From contig OZ234494.1 of assembly GCA_965153455.1 (NCBI GenBank), forward strand, positions 5,270,001 through 5,334,000: a stretch of DNA of 64,000 bases, read 5' to 3'. The notes under the pieces were generated by a model that saw only the letters and a list, made by a program, of their open reading frames with translations, was not told the DNA's origin and ran no database searches. Position numbers and translations under genes: made by a program. The DNA is from Sphagnum compactum. Lineage: Eukaryota. Positions 53,819 through 64,000 of the stretch are shown piece after piece (the stretch's first letter is position 1; each line of letters opens with the position of its first letter).

Positions 53819-56039
53819 TTTTAATAGCCTAAAAAATTACACAAATTGCCATTTGTATGTGTTAAATCTAGATTTTTAAAACCATTCAAAAGCCCCAATG
53901 AACTTAAAGACAATAGTTTTATGCATGAATGTACAAGATTGTGATTGTGAATTTTTCAAATACATATGCATGACATTTTGAAACTTAGTTGGGACCCAAA
54001 AAAGGAAGTTGTGCAAAAAAAATAAAAACCACATGCTTCAACTTCAATTTTCATTCAAAAAAATACATTTGATTGTCCAAATGAAAACTTTCAAATGAAT
54101 TAAATTTAACATTCTTAGTACCAAGCTTTCAAAAAATTTAATTTCAAATATATTACCCCAAACTCAAAACAATTCTCACATTCATACATTTTTCGTATTC
54201 ACCACTAGCCAAAAATGATTAATAGACAAAAGTTGAACACCAAATAAGAAACTTGCACCAAGACATTGAACTTAATAATGAAGAAAATTGATCAATAACA
54301 CCATGATGCATTAGCAAAATCACATGCTCAAAATCTTTTTCTCTAATGGGCCTAGAGTATTGTTACTTAATTTCACATCAAACATACCAAAATTAGCATA
54401 TCATTATATGAAAACTTGCATGATCTTTTCAACCATAAAATTGTTCAAACCACCAATTCAATTTACCTTTTCTCCTTGATATTCATTTTTAAACCTCTTG
54501 CCAATTTACTCAAAATCAAAATGGTTATGGAGTGTTCATTTTTTCACCCAAAACACGCATTCCATTAATTCTTGCAAATTTCACATTATCTATGTCCTTC
54601 AATAATAAAATAATGGATGAATTTTTTTAAAATTAAAAGCCATCATTGTAGCTTAAGATTGAAGAAATTACAAGTTCTAAAAAATCAACATGCACAAAAC
54701 ATTTGATACAATAGTTACAACAATTTTGGCAAGAGTGTAACATGAAATTTATTTTTCAAATTGATTACAACTACACAACCTTTTCGTAAATCTTCCACAA
54801 ATCATGGAATCATTCAATTTGTCTTCAAAAAACTCCTCCATATATTATTTTCCATCTTAAAAACATGTGAATTCTTGGGACCCAATATTGGCAATAATGG
54901 CAATGTATTTTGTTTAAAAAATAAAATAATAAAAGCAAATAAAATTCATACACAAACTATAAGCAATGTATTATCTATTTTGCGCATGGAACATTTTCAA
55001 CACATTTAATTCCACTTACTTTTACAAAACTTTGAATCAAATGGTGGTTTGTAATTTCAAAGGTCAATCACAATTTGGGTTGTAATCTTATTGAGCCCAA
55101 TTCATTTACTTTTTTTTATTGGTTAATATTAATGGCATGCATCATCAAAATTTCAAATAGGTTAACACAATTAGAGTGTTTCATCTACCTTTACGTTTTT
55201 GCCTTGAAATCCTTTATTCACAATTAGCTCTATTAATGGGCAAAATTAAACACAATGATCCAAATTTTGATTAGTTAGAAGCTTGTTTATTTCCAATTTG
55301 TTTTAAAGTAACAAACATATAATATCTTGTTTTATTATATAATTGTTATTGAATGAATTATAATAGTTGCATTAGACACACCCTACCATACATGGGAACA
55401 TATATCTATTAAAAACTATGTGCAACTATGTGCAATTAGGTGTGATTATGTTGTAGTTTATAAAGTGTCCACATAAATTTCCCACACAAAATGCCCACAA
55501 ATGAATGAAATATTTACATGGCTTTTCATCAATTCATTGACAAATGAAATTTACTGATGTTCATTGTAGTTAACTTACAATTAATGCACTACTAAAATAT
55601 TTATGGATTTTACCAATGATATTATGTTACAACTTGAATTCAATGTTTATGAAAAGGCAAAATTGTTGTTTTAAAGGCGTGAAAATGCAGTCTCTAAACA
55701 TTATCTTCCTCATGAAACCAATGTTGAGGGAGACAAGTTCAGATTATTCCTATTTACAAGCAGTAGTATAAAAGTGGGGTGCAATTCGTTAACTTAAATC
55801 ACTATGGGACCTGAAAAATGAAATAGGTTCACTGCACCTTAATGATTTCACTTGGTTAAAGTTATTTCACTATAAAATCACCATGTAGATATCATGTTTC
55901 GTTACTACTAGTTGACATAATTCACTACCATAATTTATTATGTTAAATTAATTTATTTTTATGTTAAAAGTGTACCTATGGTACATTTAGTTTTTTGATG
56001 TCATTAATACTTTAAATTTTAAAAAAGGGTTGTTTCAAA

Positions 56040-59000
56040 TACCTTAGGTTACTTTAAACTATACCCTATGTTATTTTAGGTTACTCTAGTTATTATAATT
56101 TATACCCTAAGTTATTTATAAATTTTTATAGGTTATTAAAATAATTATACCCTTGGTTATAGCCTAAACTATTAAATGTTATTTTATTTCAAGGTATCCT
56201 AACTCAATATAGGCTTTCTATTTTAAGTTATTTTAAGTTGAACTATTTAACTAACCTTAAGTTATACATTAGGTTATTTTATTGTAAATAATTATGTGTT
56301 ATTTCAAATTATACCTTAGGTTATTCAAGATCATATAAAAAAATTTCATACAATAATTTAAAGTGGAATGACCAAAGCTAGAATAACTTAAAATAACTAA
56401 TAATAGCATATGTAAAATAGCTTAAAATAGTAAAAAATAGCATATGGTAGAATAATCAGTAATAGTTTAAAATAACTTGCAATAAAATAACCAAGAATAA
56501 CCAAGAATAATTTGTGGTAGGGCTTATTCATAATTGAAATATTAATAAAAGGAAAAAAGACTCCAAGATTTTTGTGGGGCTACTTTTTGCAAATAACATC
56601 TACTTAAAACAAATTTAAGTGAAAAAAATTGAATAGTCCAATTTAAAATAATTCATTTGATAGTGGTGATTTTTCACATTCATATATAATTGTGTATGAA
56701 TATTTTGGTTTATAACCAGAAACGTAGAAAATCTTAGAAAATCCCAAAATGAGTTTCAATGGACAACCAAACATGTTTTTTGGCAAATTTGTTTTTTGCA
56801 CATGTGACTTACATGTAAAGCTAAACATTTTCAACCCATTGAAATTATTTTTTTATCAAATGGTTTAAAAAAAATGAGTCTTTTGCTTTGTAGTCATTTC
56901 CTTCAAAATTTCAAGACTTTGTTGTTTCATCAAGTTCATCCAATGAACTTTCATAAAAGGGGGCATGTTTTTGTTGCATAGAAAGTGTGAAATCAATTGT
57001 ATGATTTTATGCATTCCTTTTGATTCCTTAAAAAAAAATACAATTTAGGCACTTGATATAATTAGTTTATAGGACTCAAATGACATTTACATAGTATCCA
57101 AATAATTTTACAATATTTTTAAAAATAAATAAAACATCATTTTATCTATTGGAATACATCTATTATGACTATAAAAATGTAAAATAAACAAAAATCCAAA
57201 GTTGTCCTTTGTAATCCTTTAAATATAGGTCATTCTTTTCTGGTACCCCAATCGTGAATACACCTAGTATAATAACTTAAAATAACCAATAATAATCTAG
57301 ATGGTAAATAACCTACTATAATCAATTATAACCTACAATAGGATAACCACATATATAGCCCATGATAAATAATTTAAAATAACCAACAATAGCCAATGAT
57401 AAAATAACAAAAAACATATAAAGTATAAACATTTTGAATAACCAACAATAACCTACGATAAAAAAACCAATAACAGTTTAAGGTAAATAACCTAAAATAA
57501 CCAACAATAACATATGATAAAATACCCTAAAATAACTAGCAATAGCCTACAAAAAAATAAATCCAAGAATAGCATAAGGTAAAATAATTTTAAATAACTA
57601 ATAATAACCTATAGTATAATAACCAATGATAGCCTATGGTCAATAGCTTAAAATAGTCTAAAATAACCTAAAATAAATAACCAACAATAACATCTAGTGA
57701 AATAACCTAAATTAACCAAAAATAACATACAATAAAATAATCAATAATAGCCTATGATAAAAATAGCCAAAAGTAACATATGATAAAATAACTAAAATAA
57801 CCAACAATGACCTATGATAAAATAACCTAAAATAGATTAAAATAACCTATGATAGAATAACCAACAATAGCTTATGATAAAATAACCAAAAATAGTTTAA
57901 AATAGCCTATGATAAAATAATAACTAATAGCCTATGATAGAATAACCAATAATCATTAAAAGAAATCTTGCATTATGCAACCATTCAATTTGCAACTATG
58001 TGCAACTAAATGTCATTTATAACTATGTTTTGGCACTTTACAATTGATCACCATCCATTTCAATCTATTTTTTTCCTTTGCGACTATGATGTAATTAATT
58101 TGCAACTATTAGGTTTTACATCCTATTATGATGATTCAATTTTTAGGTTTTTCATACAAGAAGGGCCTATATGTCCAATTAGTTACAAAAATAATTGCAA
58201 CTTGGTTACTTTCATGTGATGTACGTATACTTTTGATATATATTAAGGTGTTTCAAAATGTATTAGGGGTATATTTATATATTCATAAATTTAATTATAT
58301 TATATTTAGGCCATATTCAATATACATTTTGCATATATTGTGGCTATGTAGACTAGGCAAGTTGATAAGTAAATAGTTAAATAGTTAGGTAGGTAGAACT
58401 ACCTACTATTTTTAATATAAATAATAGTTATTACTAATTACAAGTTAATCAATTAGTTCATAATAATAATTAATAATAATTACAATAACAATAAACTATT
58501 AATAATAGAACTTATTATTGATAGATAACTATTTATTACTAATAATTTATAATTTATAACTATATTAAATTTATTTATTAATTATTTTAATTAATTATGT
58601 TTACTAAATATTTAATGATTTAGTAGTTTATGTAATAATTCAAATGATCTATAATAGTTACTATTTGATAGTAGGTGGTAATAAGTAGTAGGTAGGTTGG
58701 TAAGTGGGTAAGCAATTATTTAATGTTTAGTTAATCAATTAGTTCTAGTTAGTTAGTTAGTAAATTACTTATTAAAATATAGTTTACAAACTTGAAAAAA
58801 AAGATAAAGGATATGGGATAAACTTTTTAGTTTCAACTTAATTGCAACTAAATTTTTTATCCCATATGTTTCATTTCCATTTCCATCTTGTAAAAGTATA
58901 TGATGAAGGTGTTTTGCTTTACATTTTTATATTAAAAACCTCTGTAATTTGGATGAGCCAATGAAAGAAGTTTAACCCTAAAGGTTAAACCTAAAATTGA

Positions 59001-59840
59001 AAAAAAAAATTTTACATATATATTTCATAGTTTACCTACCCACCTACCTACCTAATCCTATTTACTTACATTCCTACCTATTTACTTACCTACATACATA
59101 CCTACCTACATATTGATTTAAATGCATTTTGGCCAAATTTCAAATAACATACCACATGGCAAATTTTTATTGTGCCATGTGGCATGATTTCACACGATCC
59201 AAAATAGATGATGAAGATCCAATATGTGATTTAAAAACATAATTAAAAAAAATATTATCTTGCCACATGGCATTTTGTAATGTGTTATAACATAGTTGCA
59301 AATAATGGTGAGTAGTTGCAAACTTTATATGAATGGTCAATAGATGAAGGTGTATATGTTGACCATATACATCATCCATGTGGATTGTGATGACATCATG
59401 TTAAGTCATCATTTGCAATTAGATGTTACATGCAACTTCACTTGTGCAAATAATGGAATTTTAGTTGTACATGTTGGTTGTAACTTATTTGTAGTTGCAA
59501 ATTACAATTACAAATTGAGACTTTTCGTTTAGTGAATAGCTTACGATAAAATAGCCAAGAATAACCAATGGTAAAATAATTTAAAATAAACAATAACTTG
59601 TGATAGAATAACCAAATAACCTATGGTAAAATAGCCTAAATAGCCAATAATAGCCTATTGTAAAATAATTTAGAATAGTCGACAATATATATTTTACAAT
59701 AGAATAGCCACTAATAACCTATGATAATATAACTTATAATAAGCAATAATAGCCTATGGTGAAATAACATAGAATAGTCAATAATGGCATATAATAAAAT
59801 AACTTAAAATAGCCCATAGTAGAATAGTTAAGAATAACTT
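56040..59840. repeat. Degenerate AT-rich satellite (unit about AATAACCAACAATAGCCTATGATAAAATAACCTAA) in several blocks
   Basis: Reverse-orientation block about 56040-56330; forward blocks about 56380-56510, 57265-57953 and 59535-59840. Confidence 0.8.
57954..59534. mobile_element. Non-autonomous CACTA-like element nested in the satellite
   Basis: Left end CATTAAAAGAAA (CACTA with C>T); right end TTTCGTTTAGTG. AAT TSD on both sides, TGCAACTA/TAGTTGCA subterminal repeats, and removal restores the satellite register. Confidence 0.75.
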
Positions 59841-60539
59841 AAAGTAAAAGAGAATGTGCATAATAATATGTGATAACAAAAAAATATCATTCATTTAAAT
59901 AATGGTTCAAGGGTTAAGAAGTTTTTTAAACATGAAGGTGAGAGGTAAAGGGTTTAAAGCTTCACCCTTGTACCTTAGGTTGGTGGGCTAGGTTTTTAGC
60001 TTATGTTAGATAGCCTAGTGAAAGTTCCTAGGTGCTTAGTGTAGGTTTGTAATTAACTATCAATGAATTTATCATTGATGATTTAACTATTAATGAATTT
60101 GATTAACTCTTTGTGAATTCAATTAGTTTTTAATGAATTCACTTGTTTGTAGCAACTGGTCCACATTTCCTAAAGGGTTGTCCACTTTCACTATGGTAAA
60201 TTTGTTCAATTTCATTCAAAATTTAATGAAACATAAAATGAACTTAGACACATATTGGTGTACTAAAGAGGGCTACTATCACTTATTTACTCTACTACAA
60301 CTATTCAAGTACGGTAAGGAAATCTCTACTTAGCAAATAGATGTATTAATTAGGAGCTTATTCTACTACAACTATTCAAATAATAGTCACATAATATTCC
60401 ATGTAGAAAAAAATGAAATAGAAAGGACATTTTTTTTAGGATAGTCTTACCATCTAGACAAAAACACTATTCAAACTAATGGAACCCATAGTGAATGAGT
60501 TTAATACAAGAGCAAATGAGAGGGGACTAGAAGGTAGTT

Positions 60540-61139
60540 ATCTTCCAAACCTTTTAACAAATTTCTAAAGATGGATAATCATGTTCAGTGGTTCTGCACG
60601 CCTCCAACACTTGTTATCTCCTGTTTAAAATGCATGTAGACCCTCTGTGGTTACTACTTACCATCTGTAGTGTTATATTAACAACAACATGTGAGCCATT
60701 TTCTTTCGAAGACTTTTTTTAATTGTCAATCTTGACAATAATCCCCATCTAAGGACACAAACATTTCTTTTCTTTTGTGATCATACATGCAAACACAACT
60801 TGTTGTAATTGATGCATGTGCATTTCATTTGTTTAAATTATGGATGGTCCTTGAGTTTGGCACTCAAGTATTTCATTAAAACTTGGACATGGTTATCGAC
60901 TTTCAAAAGTCTTTTTTTCCTATGCATGATTCCTCTAGCATGCATTAGTAGATCTTGGTGCTAGAAGTTGTGTTTCTTACAACTTGGTGAAAATGGGCAC
61001 CTATACATCCCATCCACATTCTTAGCAATGAAAATGCTAGAATTGATCTTGTACATTGTCTTAATCATATATATTTTGATCTCTTTTGACCAAAGTTAGT
61101 AGTGTTGTTGAGCTTGGGTTTTTAGGAGGAGGATGACAT
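60540..61139 (-). pseudogene. IDN2/FDM-like (zf-XS + XS domain) gene fragment
   Basis: Minus strand from ATG 61139: MSSSS*..EIKIYMIKTMYKINSSIFIAKNVDGMYRCPFSPSCKKHNF*HQDLLMHARGI..NHVQVLMKYLSAKL resembles zf-XS (CPxCP.KKK..Y.YKDLLQHA.G..H.AL.KYL). It is followed by EMFV/P*MGIIVKIDN (XS start FVWPWMGIIVNI) and IFRNLLKGLED. Stops and frameshifts; no coiled-coil or XH part seen. Confidence 0.75.
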
Positions 61140-64000
61140 ATTGTTACATAACATTATGCCAAAACATGGCATCTATGACTACATTTTGGTAATCATATAA
61201 TTAATCAAGACCCATTGTTTATGTTGTGGCATGACCGTAACCACCTGAAAATTAATTAATTAAAAAAATTCCCACCCATCACTATTTAGTTGTATAGTCA
61301 TGTCCAATGTCATGTGTCTTTTTGTATTTTAGTCGTGGAGGACACAAGTTTCCAATTCAATTATGTAATTGTGGAAGGCAATGTAATTGGTGAGATTTGA
61401 ACTTTTCATTTCTTTCATACCAACGCAAAGCCTTAACCATCCAACTGGCAACCACCAACGTCAACATGTCATAACAATTGTGATCATAAATTTATAAACA
61501 TGATTATTTTCAATTTCATACCTTATTATATAATTTTATAACATATATTATTATGTAAAAATACAATTCAATAGTTTCATAATGAAGTTAATTACAAATG
61601 TTTAATTTAATAATTATAATCTACTCAATTTCAAAATTTGAATTTTTTTAATGATCCAAACATCATGATTATAAAAAAACTTTAGTTCCAAGTTTTGCAT
61701 TAAAACATTAGTAAGTAATTATATTCCAAAAGTTATAATTTAATGTTTTCAATTTTAATGATTTAATTATTTGAATTCCTAAGTATGTTATTTATTAATT
61801 TTATGTTTGATTTAGTAATTAAAAATAGACTCGATATGGCACATCCTTCAATTCAAATTTTGTTTAGCTTTATATTTGAAATGGATTAAATGTTTAATCT
61901 AATTTTAATTCAATTTTAAAGCCATATCTTCACCCTTTTATTTTTTTTTGCTTTGGTCAATATATGATCAAAGTTCAAATTATCTTAATCATGTGTCATG
62001 TTGATGACTAGAGACAAATGACCTTAGTCATACATGCCATCCATGACTAAAGGTGATTGTGATGCACATGACTATATCAAATGGCACATTGATTACATGA
62101 TTAAGATTGGGACATAGTTGCAAAATTTCCTTGTCATGGATGCTAGGTTTTGGCATAGTGCAACCACAAAATGCATACATGAAAAATAATCAATCCTTTA
62201 TGAACATTTTTCACATTGCAACCACCTTTAGGATAACACACAATGCACATCATATCCTCTTCTACGTGCTTAAACTTTTGCTTAAAAAAACATTGCAAAT
62301 AACTCCATGCATATGAACACCATTTGTGCACTCCTCTACAACACGTCAAATCACAAGGAACATGACAATAAATAAAAAAAACATAACAAACAACAACAAA
62401 AAAATGAATCCACAAAAAGATAGAGCTCAATGGATCACAAACATAATAGAAAGATCAAGATCATCTTCAACATGGATACAAAATCATTGTTCATCTTCTT
62501 TCACAACATTTTTGAACACACAAGTTCTTTTCTTCTTTTTCAATATTATACAAACTCGAACCCCCATTTAAAAGTTAGTTGCCAGGAACAAGACTATAAT
62601 TTTTTTGTGCCAGTCAAATCAAGCTCCAAACTTGATAAGCCAAAACCAAAAGAATGTGAATGAATGGAAGGAAGGAAGAAGGCACAAAATGTAAGGCCCT
62701 AAGGAGTAAAAATGTTCTACTCTTCTTCCCACTGCAAAATTGACTTTGAGCATGTACTCCTCCATTGATGTGTTCTCTAATCATCACAAATGGTGATAGT
62801 GGATTGCATGACTATAACAATGTTGCAAAAGAACGATGATCAAGTGACAGATTTTGCTAGTTCTTAAAGTTTTCTATAATTTAGCAATTTCCAATGATTT
62901 CCTATACATTAAGATCGCCATATTTTCTTCAACAGGTTAGGGAAAATTGTTAAATCGTTATATTTGGTTCTTGTGTAAGACAAATGAATAGCCATAAATA
63001 AAGAAGGATCCTTAAGAGTTTGTCCTCGATTATTGGTTTATGGTTAGATTTGGCTAAAACTAGATAAATGGGGTCATTCATGATTGGGGTTCCAAAAAAG
63101 AACATTTTATTTTTAAAAGATTACAAAGCCCAACTTTGGGTTTTTATTTTACTTAGATTATAACAATTGCAGTGTATTGTTGTATGCTAATAGATAAAAT
63201 GATGTCTTGTTAAATTAATAAAAATACTTTAAAGATTTTGCATATTATGTAAATGCCTTTTTGAGCCCTTCAAAGAAACTATACTAGTTGTTTTAACTAC
63301 ACTTTTAGAAAATAGGAATGTATACAATCATGCAATTCATTTCAAACTTTTTGTATAAGAAAAACATGTTTCCTTCTATGCAAATACATGTTCATTAAGT
63401 GAACATGATGAGAAAACAAATCATACCAAAATATCAAAGCCTTGAAATTTTGAACCAAAAGGTCACAATGGAAAATACTCATTTTTCTTTCCTACCATTT
63501 GGTTAATTGTTTATATTCCTTAGGCACAAAATTTTTAGCTCCAAGCATAGGTCACATGCAAGAAATAATTGTGTAAAAAAACATGTTTGGTTGTCCATAA
63601 AAGTTGATTTTGGCATTTAAAGTTTTTTTGTAAACCAAAATATTGATGCACAATTATGTGGACACATGAAAAGTCACCACTAGCACCAACGTTTTTTTTT
63701 GGGGAAAAATTTCATTATTTTTGGACATAGAAATTGGGAAATTTTTGGAAATTTTTGTTTTTTCCAGTGCAAATTCGATTAATTTTGCTACTTTTTTGTT
63801 AAGATTTGCCAAAACTTTTATATAAAAAAAGAAAAGAAAAACACTAACTAGCACATGAATTATCTTATTTTGGACTATTAAAATTTTCTAATTCTAATTT
63901 GTTCCATGTAGATATTATTTGTCAAAATTAGCCCTAAAAAAAATCCTACAGTCTTTAATCCTTGTTTTAGATTCCCAACCATGAGCCCAAATATACCTTG

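Noticed and set aside
57265-57953. Regularly spaced short repeats as a CRISPR-like array
   Set aside because: Degenerate head-to-tail satellite without unique spacers, in eukaryotic DNA with no cas genes.

Overview
AT-rich, transposon-dense eukaryotic nuclear DNA from a land plant (inference: a bryophyte such as a peat moss, judged from gene content, intron structure and repeat types). There are two intact intron-containing genes: a GT47/exostosin (ARAD1-like) glycosyltransferase (+, 31809-34426, 5 coding exons, 475 aa) and a plant SAM-like/SAM-like/peroxiredoxin-like (PRXL2A/SelU, AhpC-TSA_2-type, CVMC motif) protein (-, 46206-42676, 5 coding exons, about 465 aa). Two decayed genes are recognisable. 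One is a class III HD-ZIP (+, from 16806) whose homeodomain and zipper exons are still open, but whose START exons are broken and whose splice acceptor inside the miR165/166 site reads GG instead of AG. The other is an IDN2/FDM-like zf-XS + XS fragment (-, about 61139-60540) among transposon debris, missing from the ORF track. Candidate non-coding elements: a box C/D snoRNA-like sequence (-, 35711-35776), two long fold-backs (2594-2703, 29690-29824) and a possible unannotated spliced minus-strand transcript (about 28.4-25.1 kb). The rest is three decayed CRE-type non-LTR retrotransposons (one split by a TIR element with a 4-bp TSD), a copia RT/RNase H remnant, two non-autonomous CACTA elements (one nested in a satellite), several MITE families, tandem duplications and microsatellites. 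No tRNA, rRNA or CRISPR array was found. All family assignments come from motif recognition by eye, not from database searches.
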